Assembly: GCA_963783305.1 (NCBI GenBank)
Contig: CAWAMW010000002.1
Coordinates: forward strand, 192,001-256,000
Length of the DNA: 64,000 nt
From: an uncultured Gemmatimonadales bacterium
GTDB taxonomy: Bacteria > Gemmatimonadota > Gemmatimonadetes > Longimicrobiales > RSA9
Direction: 5' to 3'
Shown: positions 30,201-39,739 of the stretch, in pieces
Numbering within the stretch: position 1 is the first letter of the stretch
How the letters are laid out: each line of letters starts with the position of its first letter
The notes under the pieces: model-generated
Told to the model about the DNA's origin: nothing
Seen by the model: only the letters and a program-made list of their open reading frames with translations
Database searches by the model: none
Position numbers and translations under genes: made by a program

Positions 30201-32943
30201 GCCGGGCGCCGAACGGGGGGTGTCGACCGTCGGGTCGACGGCCATGGGGAGGCCACAACCGGAAGCGACGGCCGAGCCGGCGGTGGAACTCGCACCGCCC
30301 GATGCCGCCGAGCCGGACGCCGCGGCCCCGGCAGCGGCCCCGACCGCGCCCGAGCTCGCGGCCAGCCCCGACGAGCCGGTCCGCCGGTACGTGGCGGCGG
30401 ACGGCGCCCGTGTGACGGAAATCGTTACGCTCGTAGAGGCGAACATCGACCGCGGCCATGACGACCCCGAGCGCGGGCGCATGAAGGCCATGCAGCAGGA
30501 ACTGCTGGCGGCCGAGGTGGCGGGAGAGCGCACGGACACTACGGGCCTGCCCGCCACCAGAGCCACTTCTCCTGCAGGCCGCCCCACCACCCCCGCGGAC
30601 TCGCTCGCGGGGAGCCTGCACGCATCCGGGACGGTGCGCGGGAACGTCGAGCGCTTCGATCTGGAGGGTCGGGCGATCGTCGAGGATCTCCTTTATCGCG
30701 CGGCATGGATCGGCGCCGGTGAGGCGGAGTTCGCGCTTGCGGACTGGGGGACCCAGACGCCCGAGATCGAGCTGGACGCGGACCTGCGCGATGTCCGCGC
30801 CGCCGGCACCGCTTTCGACACTCTCTCAGCGCGCGCCCGCTACCACGGGCTGCGGGGAGACGGCACAGGTGAGGCGGTGGTCGGCGCCCAGGGCACCGGC
30901 GACACCGGGTACCTGGCGGACGTGGTGTTCGAGCTGTCGCCGGAGCGGAAGGAGGTCAGGATCGCCGATCTCACGCTCCGCTACGACACGGTGACATGGC
31001 AGATGACGCAGCCGGGTACCGTCAGCTGGGCCAACGACGAGATCCACGTGGCCAGTATCGACTTCCGGAGCGATGTGGGCGGGAGCGTGCGACTGGATGG
31101 CCGGCTCCCGGTGGACGGCAGCGGCGACCTCAACGTGGTGGTGGAGGAGCTGGAGATCGCGCAGTTCACGGCACTGCTCCAGCTCGATCGTGATGCTGCC
31201 GGGCTCCTGAACGTCGACGCGAACGTGCGGGGCACCCTAGAGGCGCCGAGGATGAGCGGCACGTTGCGGCTCGACGACGCGCGCCTGAACGGCGGCGCCG
31301 TGCCGGACCTCCGCGCCTCGTTCGGGTACGCCGCGGGCGAGCTCACGCTGGATGGCTCGATGCTGCGCGAGGGCCGGCGCCTGGCCATGGTCGAGGGGAC
31401 GCTCCCGATCGACCTGTCGCTCACGCCCGATCCCGCGCCGCGGCTCCTCCCGGGTCCCATTGCATTGGACATCCAGGCGGACAGCCTCCCGCTCGAGGCC
31501 ATCCCCATACTCTCCAACCAGGTGACCGACGCCCGCGGGCGAGTGCGAGGGCAGCTGGCCGTGCGAGGCACCTTCTCCGACCCGCAGTTCACGGGCGATA
31601 TCGACCTGGCGCTCGGGTCCGTGCGCATCGCGCCTCTCGGGCTCCACCTCCAGGACGTGGCCGGCCGCCTGGTGCTCCAGGGCGACCGGGTCGTGGTGGA
31701 CTCGCTGGTGGCCCGGAGCGAAGGCGCGGTGCGGATCGCGGGCGAGATCGGCCTCGAGTCGCTGACCTCGCCCACGTTCGCGCTGGACATCGGCAGCCGT
31801 GAGACGCTGGTCATCGACACCAAGGACGCGAAGCTGCGGCTGGACGCCGACCTGACGGTGGGCGGCACGCTCGACGCGCTGGTCGTGGAGGGGGATATCA
31901 GGACCCGCAGCGGCGTCATCTACATCCCGAAGCTGACGGAGCTCGGCAACGCGCACCTCGTCTCGCTGGACTCACCGGAGGGGGCTCGACGATTCGCCGA
32001 CGAGTTCTTCCAGCGGCTCCGCCTCCCCGCCCGGCAGGCGCCGCTGCTGGATCGGCTTCGGTTGGACGTGGCCGTCCAGGTGGACCGGGACGTCTGGCTC
32101 CGCTCCACCGAGGCCAACGTGGAGATCTACACGCCCCCGGAGGCGGGACCGCTGCGGATCGTCCTGGATGGCGGCGAGACGGGACTCGCGCTGGAGGGAA
32201 CCATCAACACGGATCGCGGCGAGTACGAGTTCATGAGCCGGCGCTTCGATCTGACGCGAGGTGCGGCCACGTTCAGCGGCGATCCGGCCATCAACCCGGT
32301 GCTCCAGCTCGCGGCGGAGCACGAGATCCGGCTGCCGGGACGCGGAGCGTTCGACATGCGGGTCCTCCTGAGCGGCACGCTGCGCGATCTGGAGATCACG
32401 CTCGAGAGCAACTCTCAGCCACCCATCTCGCAGACCGACCTGCTCGCCTACCTCGCCTTCGGCAGGAACGCCACCTCACTTCTCTATCAGCAGGGGTCGC
32501 CGCTCTCGGCCCAGGCCGGCCACGCCGGTGAGCTCGCCGGGAACGTGGCGGGGGTCGCCACGCAGCAGCTGGGCACCATCGCGCTGGACGCGGTCCTGAG
32601 CGATGTGGAGAGCGATCTCATGCGCGACCTGAACGTGGACGTGTTCCGTATCACCCCGGCCGACCTGCCGCCCGACATGTTCACGGGCAAGTACGTGGAC
32701 CTGCTCCGGTCGACGGAAGTGGAGGCCGGCCGCTACGTGTCGCCCGGGCTCTTCGTCGCCGGCCAGGTCAACACGGGGATGTCCCGGCCCGGCCTGCGGG
32801 TGGAGTACGCCGCGCCATTCGGGCTGCAATGGGAGACCACCTGGCGCTCCCGTTGGCTGCCGCGGATACCCACGCTCACCGACCAGACTCCGCGCCGGGC
32901 CGGCATACTCGGGAGCTTCCTCTTCAGGGAGTGGCGCTTCTAG
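27244..32943 (+). CDS. tamB: Translocation/assembly module TamB-like protein
   Basis: 1899 aa, N-terminal anchor, beta-rich repeats, DUF490-like C-terminus (LESNSQPPISQTDLLAYL). Confidence 0.88.
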   Translation: MRGRRLAKWVGLGAAVVGVVVLVVLLVFTQTDWGRERTRAFALDQLATMINGQVEIGRIEGNLLKRIRLIDVSIRDERGRLFLQADTLEARFGLRALLRQRIELGELRIVDAHLVLDQPPGEEWNYVRIFDTGAQDTGGGASPWGDWVTLEEVVLVDTRVTVRAEWQPAEGLSPEERRTATRLALAGEAREHVVEVPGGYQNVMEFRELDARLTEVVVAHPDSAGMHFNLAGLSGLVRPFSPPAARVRDLAGDFSIVRDSLFMSEVRAELSHSRLAGGGVYAIPSGELLLVAHADPVAFGDLRWLYPQLPEEGVGSMEMTLEVGTPGTRIVLRDMDVALGDARLTGLLDVTTGDGLRFGPTDLDFTALGTDVVERFTDIEMPRQGELSGTVALRGPPRSLALNADVRFDDAAGPNSRVLAEGSLGTEPALRFQELRLRFRPLDATLARAVAPDLPLRGTIEGSAVVTGTPTNLEVDADLALRDPRHGLSRVRLAGGLDTREDVQLRQMVVRMDPLRLDLIRDEIPALPQGAAATGRLVLDGAVSGTLNVDGNLVVDDPATGVSEVGATGRIALSDGPRFHGLRLRFDPLQAELARSLIPELGVRGTIAGTAMLTGTPESLEVDADLSLRDPRYGLSRVAAVGGLDTGSELRLRGMRVRMDPLQADVLREWLPDLPPGGSLTGALNIDGAPARFVTVSGEVAHHHPELGVSRVEIDGGIGLASPVRFEDLDLRLEPLQMALARALVPDLPLGGALRGTARLNGSPESRLLVRGDLVHVENGERSHVAGTADVALGPGGSTAVDVRLEPLSLAVAGQFVPGAGLHGTVAGRLRASGDVGDISLDADLTTADGGRIVAEGTLDLSGAEPIYDLDTRLSDFDLAALSWRAPARTDLTGTVVARGRGLDPATMNAVIDADLVSSEVSDLGADLLRLRVALNDGLARMDSSVIRLDGAEAVLDGSFGLVAGRHGELAYRVEVDSLHAFASWLPGAERGVSTVGSTAMGRPQPEATAEPAVELAPPDAAEPDAAAPAAAPTAPELAASPDEPVRRYVAADGARVTEIVTLVEANIDRGHDDPERGRMKAMQQELLAAEVAGERTDTTGLPATRATSPAGRPTTPADSLAGSLHASGTVRGNVERFDLEGRAIVEDLLYRAAWIGAGEAEFALADWGTQTPEIELDADLRDVRAAGTAFDTLSARARYHGLRGDGTGEAVVGAQGTGDTGYLADVVFELSPERKEVRIADLTLRYDTVTWQMTQPGTVSWANDEIHVASIDFRSDVGGSVRLDGRLPVDGSGDLNVVVEELEIAQFTALLQLDRDAAGLLNVDANVRGTLEAPRMSGTLRLDDARLNGGAVPDLRASFGYAAGELTLDGSMLREGRRLAMVEGTLPIDLSLTPDPAPRLLPGPIALDIQADSLPLEAIPILSNQVTDARGRVRGQLAVRGTFSDPQFTGDIDLALGSVRIAPLGLHLQDVAGRLVLQGDRVVVDSLVARSEGAVRIAGEIGLESLTSPTFALDIGSRETLVIDTKDAKLRLDADLTVGGTLDALVVEGDIRTRSGVIYIPKLTELGNAHLVSLDSPEGARRFADEFFQRLRLPARQAPLLDRLRLDVAVQVDRDVWLRSTEANVEIYTPPEAGPLRIVLDGGETGLALEGTINTDRGEYEFMSRRFDLTRGAATFSGDPAINPVLQLAAEHEIRLPGRGAFDMRVLLSGTLRDLEITLESNSQPPISQTDLLAYLAFGRNATSLLYQQGSPLSAQAGHAGELAGNVAGVATQQLGTIALDAVLSDVESDLMRDLNVDVFRITPADLPPDMFTGKYVDLLRSTEVEAGRYVSPGLFVAGQVNTGMSRPGLRVEYAAPFGLQWETTWRSRWLPRIPTLTDQTPRRAGILGSFLFREWRF

Positions 32944-32944
32944 C

Positions 32945-34261
32945 TCAGGGACCAACGCTCCTGGCGCCGCCCGCGGTCCACCCCTCCGGGACCCCCGTCT
33001 CGATGGGGTTTGCCGGGTCGGAGCTCCACTCGAACCACCCGCCATCGAACACGCTCACCCGTGGCCAGCCCATGAGATAGGCGTTCATGAACGCCTCGCT
33101 GCCGCGCCACCCGGTGCCGCAGTAAAACGCGATGTGCTTGTCCGGCACGACCCCGGCCTCCGCCCAGGTCTGCGCGACCTCCCCGGCCTCGCGCATCGTG
33201 TGGTCGAAGCTGCGGTAGTTCTCCATGTGGTACGCGTCGCTCCCGCAGTTGCCGAAGATCGCGCCCGGGATCCGCCCTGTCTTCTCGATGTAGTTGTACC
33301 CGCTGCGCTCGCCGATGAACTCCGGCCAGCTGCGGACACTCACCAGCTCCCCGTCGTCCGACTCGATGAGCCACTTCGCCTCGGGGATGTCCACCATGTA
33401 CTCCGGATGGCCGGGAATATCGGCGCCGAAGTCCGTGGCCGGCTCCGGACGCTCGCTCTCTTCGGTCGTCAGCGCGTACCCGGCCTCCTCCCAGCTGTGG
33501 ATGCCGCCGTTCAGGACCCTGACATCCTCGACGCCTGCGTACAGCAGGATCGCCGCGCAGCGCATGGCGCCCAGGTGCCCGGCGCTCTGCCCGGGGTGCG
33601 GCTGATCGGCCGTCGGGAAGGAGTGTCGGCCGTATACAATGACGGTCGTGTCGTGACGGATCCCCAGCCCCGACAGCGCCTCTTTCAGCTCCTCCGGCGA
33701 GCGCCGGTTCCACGTCTCCGGGGATTCCAGCGTGTTGGTGTCCAGCGACAGCGCACCGGGGATGTGCCCGAGCTCGTAGTCTTCACGGTTGCCGAAATGC
33801 GCGTGGCAGATGACCCAGTCGGCGCCGGGCGCGGCCTCCGGCGTGCCACCGTCCATCACCAGCCTCAGCCAGTCCGGAGGCACCAGCTGATGGTAGCGCT
33901 CCAGGCGTTCGAGCGGCCGGCGCGGGTCGTCCGACCATTCCCTGAAGCCGTCATATACCTCCACGCTGGTGAAGCCGAGCCGCTCCAGCTTGTCCGCCAT
34001 CTCGCGCCCTTCTTCGGCGGTGTATCCGTACACGGTAGTCGGCCGCGAGGGCTCCAGCCCCTTCCGCTCCACTACTTCCACCCAGTCCATGTACCGGGTC
34101 CACTGCAGCGGCAGGCTTCGGGCCCCGGGGAGGTGTCCCCCCCGGGGCTCACCCGCCAGGCGCCAACCGTTGTAGGCGGCCGCCGGGCGCACGTCGAGAA
34201 CGGTATGGGACGGGTCGTGGCTCCGATCCGCCATTGCATCGGTCGATATTCCAGAGGTCAT
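32945..34261 (-). CDS. Three-domain rhodanese sulfurtransferase (YnjE-like)
   Basis: GHLPGA/GHIPGA/GRIPGA repeats, YCGTGWR active site, FDGGWFEWS. Confidence 0.92.
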   Translation of the reverse strand: MTSGISTDAMADRSHDPSHTVLDVRPAAAYNGWRLAGEPRGGHLPGARSLPLQWTRYMDWVEVVERKGLEPSRPTTVYGYTAEEGREMADKLERLGFTSVEVYDGFREWSDDPRRPLERLERYHQLVPPDWLRLVMDGGTPEAAPGADWVICHAHFGNREDYELGHIPGALSLDTNTLESPETWNRRSPEELKEALSGLGIRHDTTVIVYGRHSFPTADQPHPGQSAGHLGAMRCAAILLYAGVEDVRVLNGGIHSWEEAGYALTTEESERPEPATDFGADIPGHPEYMVDIPEAKWLIESDDGELVSVRSWPEFIGERSGYNYIEKTGRIPGAIFGNCGSDAYHMENYRSFDHTMREAGEVAQTWAEAGVVPDKHIAFYCGTGWRGSEAFMNAYLMGWPRVSVFDGGWFEWSSDPANPIETGVPEGWTAGGARSVGP

Positions 34262-34307
34262 GGACTCATTAGGTGCAGGAGGGGTCCCTGCCTCGCGGGC
34301 GCGGGGC

Positions 34308-34766
34308 TCAGGATGCCGCCTTCCGTGGGCTTCGGCCCGCTTCCCGGTGCTGCCGGGCGCGGACCTTCATCTCGTGGATCATGGCCGACAGGCCGCTGTT
34401 TCGCTGTGAGCTGAGGTGGGATCGGAGCCCCACCTCGTCGAGGAACTCGAGCTCCGCGTCGGCCACGACCGCCGGGGTCTGACCGTCCAGCACGCGCACG
34501 ATCAGCGCGGCCAGTCCCCGGGTGATCTTGGCATCGCTGTGCACCAGGAACCGGAGAGCATTCCCGGCGGCGTCGTAATCGGTCCGGATCCAGAGGCCGT
34601 ACTGGCAGCCGGGGAGCCGCGTCTCATCGGTCCGCTCGGACTCGGGCAGCGGCGTCATGTTCTCGCCCAGCTCGACCAGGTACCGATACCGATCGACCCA
34701 GTCCTCGAGCGCCTCGAACTCGGCGACGATCTCTCTCGTCCTCTCCTGGATGCTCTCCGCTGCCAT
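34308..34766 (-). CDS. sufE: SufE family sulfur acceptor
   Basis: DWVDRYRYLVELG, GCQ, SDAKITRG, HLSSQRNSGL. Confidence 0.92.
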   Translation of the reverse strand: MAAESIQERTREIVAEFEALEDWVDRYRYLVELGENMTPLPESERTDETRLPGCQYGLWIRTDYDAAGNALRFLVHSDAKITRGLAALIVRVLDGQTPAVVADAELEFLDEVGLRSHLSSQRNSGLSAMIHEMKVRARQHREAGRSPRKAAS

Positions 34767-34795
34767 TCGCTCTCTACCTCGACTCAACCCGGCTC

Positions 34796-36667
34796 TCAAC
34801 CCTCGATGTCGGTAAACTCCGATTCCTGCGCCGGCACCCACTCGCCCGCCGCCACGGCGGGTGGCGCGCCGCTGCCGTTCCGCACCGCGAACGCCACCAC
34901 GTCACCGGCGCGGAACCGCACGTTCTGGCCCACGGGAATTCCGCTGCCGTCCCGGACGACCACCAGCGGGATCGACGACGGTTTCGCCTTCTCGTCCACC
35001 GGCTCCTGCGAGCCGGCCCCCTCACCCGTCCCCCGCAGCCGCCAGTACTTCACCTCCGCCTGGCCGTGCCGGAGCGCATGGATCCAGTCCTCCACTTCCA
35101 GCGCCTGACCGAACAGGATCTCCACGCGCGATCCCTTCACCCGATCTCCGGTTACTCCCGAGCTCCCTCGCTCCAGCGCCGCCAGTGCCTCCGTGAGCCG
35201 ATACTCTTCCTTTCCCGTCCGGGCCAGCAGCACGTTGGCGCTCTCGTTCGGAGTCACGGCCGAGAGGCTGTGTCGACCCTCGATGTCCGCCCGCAACAGG
35301 ACCGATTCTTCGTTCGCGTTCCCGTAGATCACCCGGAGCCCCGCCCGCTCCGCATCGCTGGCCTCCGTTGAGTTCGAATCGATCACCACCACCTCCTCGC
35401 CCGCCGACTGGAGCGCGGTGGCGAGCGCGCGGCCCAGCGGGTTCGCGCCAATCACGATGTGGCCGACGTCCTTCCTGCGCCGGACCCCGAGGAGCGATGC
35501 CACCGGGCCGCTCGTGAACCCCTGAACCACCACCGTCACGGCGATCACCAGGAACACCAAGGCTCTGAACTCGGGGCCTATGTCGTAGCCGGCCGTGGTG
35601 AGGCGCTGGGCGAAGACCGAGGCCACGGCCGCCGCCACGATCCCGCGCGGACCCAGCCAGCCGATGAAGCCACGCTCCTTCCACGTCAGCTCCGAGCCCC
35701 ACGTGCTCACGGCCACCCCCAGCGGGCGGATGACGAACATGAGCGCCAACACTACCGCCAGCCCCTCCCAGCCCAACGCCGTGACCTCCTCCAGCCGGAC
35801 ATCCGCGGCCAGCAGCACGAAGAGCAGGCCGACCAGCAGCACGGTCATCTGCTCCTTGAACTCCCGCAGCTCACGCGAAATGGTCGTGCCGGAGTTGCCC
35901 ACCACGAACCCCGCCACGGCCGCCGCCAGGATCCCGCTCTCGGGCTGCAGCGAGTCGCTGACCTCGAAGACCACCAGCACCAGTGAGAGGGTGAAGACGT
36001 TTTCCAGCCCCTCCGGCACCAGCTTCCGGAACCGCAGGAGCACGGCGATCAGAGATCCGCCGATAAAGCCGACGGTCGCCCCCAGGAGCAGCCTTGAAGG
36101 GATCCCGAGGAGCCCCCGCGCCGCACCACCAAAGGTCTCCGACAACGCCAGCTCCAGCGCCACCACCGCCAGGATGGCGCCGATCGGATCGATCAGGACT
36201 CCCTCCGCCTCCAGGATCGTGGCCACGCCCTTCCGCACCCGGATCCGCCGGAGGAGCGGCGTGATGACCGTGGGGCCGGTGACGATGACGAGGGCTCCGA
36301 ACGTCACGGCAATCGGCCACGGCCAGTCCAGCGCCAGGCGCGCTATCGTGGCCGCACCCGCAGCGGTGATGACGGCGCCCACCGTGAGCAGCATCCGGAT
36401 CACCCGGGCCTCGCCGCGCACCCGGGTGATGTTGAGACTGAGGCCGCCTTCGAAGAGGATGACCGCCACGGACAGTCCCACCAGGATGTTGAGCCCCTCC
36501 CCCAGCGTCTCGGGACGTATCACGTTGGCCAGGTCCGGGCCCAGCACCGCTCCCAGCAGCAGCATCATGACGATTCCGGGCACCCGAAGGTGGCGGGCCG
36601 CCGATTGCGCAACGATCCCCGCCGCGAGGGCGAGGGTGAAGGTCAGTGCGGGATTGGTCAGATCCAC
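34796..36667 (-). CDS. CPA1 Na+/H+ antiporter with C-terminal TrkA-N domain
   Basis: ILFEGG, TGPTVITP, EGVLIDP, PRGIVAA; C-terminal IGAN..G Rossmann-like region. Confidence 0.92.
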   Translation of the reverse strand: MDLTNPALTFTLALAAGIVAQSAARHLRVPGIVMMLLLGAVLGPDLANVIRPETLGEGLNILVGLSVAVILFEGGLSLNITRVRGEARVIRMLLTVGAVITAAGAATIARLALDWPWPIAVTFGALVIVTGPTVITPLLRRIRVRKGVATILEAEGVLIDPIGAILAVVALELALSETFGGAARGLLGIPSRLLLGATVGFIGGSLIAVLLRFRKLVPEGLENVFTLSLVLVVFEVSDSLQPESGILAAAVAGFVVGNSGTTISRELREFKEQMTVLLVGLLFVLLAADVRLEEVTALGWEGLAVVLALMFVIRPLGVAVSTWGSELTWKERGFIGWLGPRGIVAAAVASVFAQRLTTAGYDIGPEFRALVFLVIAVTVVVQGFTSGPVASLLGVRRRKDVGHIVIGANPLGRALATALQSAGEEVVVIDSNSTEASDAERAGLRVIYGNANEESVLLRADIEGRHSLSAVTPNESANVLLARTGKEEYRLTEALAALERGSSGVTGDRVKGSRVEILFGQALEVEDWIHALRHGQAEVKYWRLRGTGEGAGSQEPVDEKAKPSSIPLVVVRDGSGIPVGQNVRFRAGDVVAFAVRNGSGAPPAVAAGEWVPAQESEFTDIEG

Positions 36668-36790
36668 GCGGCGGCGACTTCGTTCAGGGTCATCAGGGCT
36701 CGCATCGTTGAGAACTGCATCGGGAGAAGGATCGCACGGATCCCGAGGAGGTGCAAAAATCGGACACCCGTCCGCGTGCGGCAGGAACCG

Positions 36791-38134
36791 CTAGTGGGAG
36801 ACGGGCGCCACCACGGACTGATATACGAGGCTGCGCAGCTTGCCGTGGTCGTCCAGGCCACCCGCCGGAATCAGCTGCGTCAGGTACACGACGACGAGCT
36901 CCTCCTCCGGATCGACCCAGTACACCGAGTGGTATGCGCCGCCCCAGCCGAACTCGCCCTGCGATCCCGGGACCCCGCGCGCACCCACATCCTCCACCAC
37001 GTAGAACCCGAGCCCGAACCCCTGACCTGGCCCGTAGTCGACCCCTCCCACATGGTCCACCGTCATCAGCTGGACGGTCTTGGGACTGAGGATCCGGACG
37101 CCATCCAGCTCACCGCCGTTCAGCAGCATCTGGAGGAAGCGGGCGTAGTCGGACGCCGTGGAGAGGAGCCCCGCGCCGCCTGAGTAGCTGGTCCTGGGGC
37201 CGTGCAGGTATGCGCCCTGACCCAGTCGCCCACCCCCACCCGGCGCACGCCGGACGTCGCCGTCGGGCGTCGCGGCGTACACCACTGCCAACCGATTCGA
37301 GTCGGACGGCGGCAGGTAGAAATGCGTGTCCCACATCTCGAGCGGCTCCAGGATCCGCACGCGCAGGAAGGCGTCCAGCGACTGCCCGCTCACCTCTTCG
37401 ATCACGGCGCCCAGGATGTCCGCGGAGTAGCCGTACACCCAGCGCTCACCCGGCTGCGCGTCGAACGGGAGCGCCGCCATTCGGGAGACGGTGGCCCGGA
37501 TCGGCTCATCCCGATCCGCGAAGTACCAGCCGGTGATCCCCGCGGCCTCCCATCGGTCCCCGGCCACACCGTAGCCGTACCCCACCCCGGAGGTGTGCGT
37601 GAGCAGGTCGCGGAGCGTGATCGGGCGCGCCGCCGGCTCGATGTCATACCCGCCGTCCTCGCGCGCCACCGCGACCGTGGTCTCGCGGAACTCCGGGAGG
37701 TATCGCGACACCGGGTCCGTGATCAGCAGCCGACCCTCCTCCTGGAGCATCATCACCCCCACGCTCACCAGCGCCTTCGTCTGCGAGGCGATGCGGAAGA
37801 TCGCGTCCTCGGGCATGACCGCCCGCGCCTCCCGATCGAGGTCCCCGAACGCCTCCAGATACGCCACCCGGCCGCCCCGGGCCACCAGCGCCACGCCACC
37901 CGCCAGTTTCCCGTCCTCCACGTAGCCATTCAGGACGCGCGTGAGCCGGCCCAGCCGCTCCGACGAAAGGCCGACCGCCTCCGGCTCCACCACGGGCAGC
38001 CCGGGCGCCGCGGCGGTCTGCCCGCCAAGCGATACCGGACCGGCCAGGGCCAGCGCCACGAGGAGAAGGGCGGACGCCGGAGCCGGGCCGGGGCGGCGGC
38101 CCCTTGGCGCCCTCGAGCACTCGGCTTCCCTCAT
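36791..38134 (-). CDS. Serine hydrolase, beta-lactamase family
   Basis: FRIASQTK (SxxK), LLTHTSG, WVYG, WGG. Confidence 0.92.
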   Translation of the reverse strand: MREAECSRAPRGRRPGPAPASALLLVALALAGPVSLGGQTAAAPGLPVVEPEAVGLSSERLGRLTRVLNGYVEDGKLAGGVALVARGGRVAYLEAFGDLDREARAVMPEDAIFRIASQTKALVSVGVMMLQEEGRLLITDPVSRYLPEFRETTVAVAREDGGYDIEPAARPITLRDLLTHTSGVGYGYGVAGDRWEAAGITGWYFADRDEPIRATVSRMAALPFDAQPGERWVYGYSADILGAVIEEVSGQSLDAFLRVRILEPLEMWDTHFYLPPSDSNRLAVVYAATPDGDVRRAPGGGGRLGQGAYLHGPRTSYSGGAGLLSTASDYARFLQMLLNGGELDGVRILSPKTVQLMTVDHVGGVDYGPGQGFGLGFYVVEDVGARGVPGSQGEFGWGGAYHSVYWVDPEEELVVVYLTQLIPAGGLDDHGKLRSLVYQSVVAPVSH

Positions 38135-38135
38135 A

Positions 38136-38762
38136 TCAGCTCGGAGGTGCCTTCGACGGCAGCCCGATCATCACGTGCGCCGAGGGCGTACCGGGCAGCA
38201 TGAGCCACGGGCCGCCATCGGGGAGCGTCGGCAGCCCTGTCGATTCCGTCGTGGCGTGCTTGATGTAGATGGCGTGCAGCCGCCCGCCCGTTGCCGGGTC
38301 GGTGGTGGCAGGGTCGAAGTCCTCGGTGGGAAACGCCAGGTTGTAGACCATCGCTATGTCCGGCATCGCCAGCGTCCCCGCCTCGATCTCCTCCCACCTC
38401 GCCTGGTTCCGCGCCTCGCCCTCGATCCCCTGGCGGCGCAGTTCGCGTCCGCGCTCCATGAACGGCTCCAGGCTGTCATGGTAGCAGGCCGCGCGGAAAC
38501 CATCGTCCCCCGGCTGGTCGGCCAGGCAGATGAGGTGGTTGGAGCCCTCCCGCAGCGTCACGAGGTGGCCGTCGCCGGTCCACCCCCGGACCTCCGCGTC
38601 CGCACGGAGCTGGGCCGGGGCGGCGAGCGCCGCGGACGCCACCAGCCATTCCGTGGTCCTGCCGTTCAGCACCACGTCCTCAACCGACTGCGCCGCCGCT
38701 CCCGTCCCACGCAGAGCAAAACCCAGCACCAGCAGACATCCCATCACCCGACTCGTTCTCAT
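38136..38762 (-). CDS. Secreted hypothetical protein
   Basis: Signal peptide; LREGSN..ICLAD, ACY, PWLM.PGTP.AHVM. Confidence 0.7.
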   Translation of the reverse strand: MRTSRVMGCLLVLGFALRGTGAAAQSVEDVVLNGRTTEWLVASAALAAPAQLRADAEVRGWTGDGHLVTLREGSNHLICLADQPGDDGFRAACYHDSLEPFMERGRELRRQGIEGEARNQARWEEIEAGTLAMPDIAMVYNLAFPTEDFDPATTDPATGGRLHAIYIKHATTESTGLPTLPDGGPWLMLPGTPSAHVMIGLPSKAPPS

Positions 38763-39739
38763 GGCTCCCTCCGCTCTCCACGCGCGAACACCTGATCATC
38801 CGGACCACGGAGCACGAACGCCGTCGCCCGCCCGCCTTCAACCTCAAACTCCAGGTACGTCTCCGCTAGCGTCTCCCACAGCTCGCCATCCTCCATGATG
38901 CCAGGCAGGAAAACCCCCTCCGCCCGCCGCATGAGCAGCAGCTCGGAGCTCACCATCCCCTCGTCGGGGTCGGGGAACCAGGTAGCCACCCGCAACGTCC
39001 CATCCTCCTCGTACCGCACGTCGAAATCGAGCGGTGGCGGCGGCTCCGTGAATCCGGGACCCGCATCGCCGCCCCCTCCGAAGCTGAGGCTCCACTCGCC
39101 CACGTACGGGAGCGCGTGCTCCCGCGCCACAGTGAGAGGGAGCGATGGCTCGACTTCGAACGGGATCGCCACGCGCGCATCCCCCCACGCCAGCTCCACG
39201 ACGCCGCCGGTCGATCCGATCTCGGGAAACGACCACGTGAGCACCTCCACGGGCTCGCCGGTGTCCGGATCCACGGGCAGCCGGATCTGCTCCTCCGTCG
39301 GCTCGGGGTGCGCCGTGTGGAACAGCGAGTCCCGGGGGTCCAGCACCAGCTCCCACGGACCGTCCCTCGAGACGACCAGCCACACCGACCAGCTGCCGGC
39401 GGGGATGGGTCGGCCGCCGAGCTTCACGTCATGGCTGAGCGTCAGCCGCGTCGCGTCATTCGCCCCCGGCGTCCACACCTCTCCCCACTTCACCACCTCC
39501 CCGAACAGGTCCGCCCGGCCGCGCGCCCGCGGACGCGAGTAGTCGAGCGTGATCACCGTTCCGTCCACCGTCTGGGCGACCGACGCCCGCTCACTCGCCC
39601 TGACCTGTCCGACGGCATACTTCGGGCTGATGCCCAGCGCCAGGAGAACGCCAAGCACCAGCAGGTCCGGCAGCGTATTCCGCCGCATGACGGCCCCGGG
39701 GGCTCCGGCCACGAGTCGCGCGTTCGATCCAGTCGTCAT
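38759..39739 (-). CDS. DUF2911 domain protein
   Basis: DYSRPRARGR..FG..V.WG.VW.PGAN.AT. Confidence 0.85.
   Translation of the reverse strand: MTTGSNARLVAGAPGAVMRRNTLPDLLVLGVLLALGISPKYAVGQVRASERASVAQTVDGTVITLDYSRPRARGRADLFGEVVKWGEVWTPGANDATRLTLSHDVKLGGRPIPAGSWSVWLVVSRDGPWELVLDPRDSLFHTAHPEPTEEQIRLPVDPDTGEPVEVLTWSFPEIGSTGGVVELAWGDARVAIPFEVEPSLPLTVAREHALPYVGEWSLSFGGGGDAGPGFTEPPPPLDFDVRYEEDGTLRVATWFPDPDEGMVSSELLLMRRAEGVFLPGIMEDGELWETLAETYLEFEVEGGRATAFVLRGPDDQVFARGERREP

Noticed and set aside
36668..36790. Fluoride- or Na+-riboswitch-like words (GATG..GTTC..CTGATGAC) upstream of the antiporter
   Set aside because: The required P1 and pseudoknot pairings are not present
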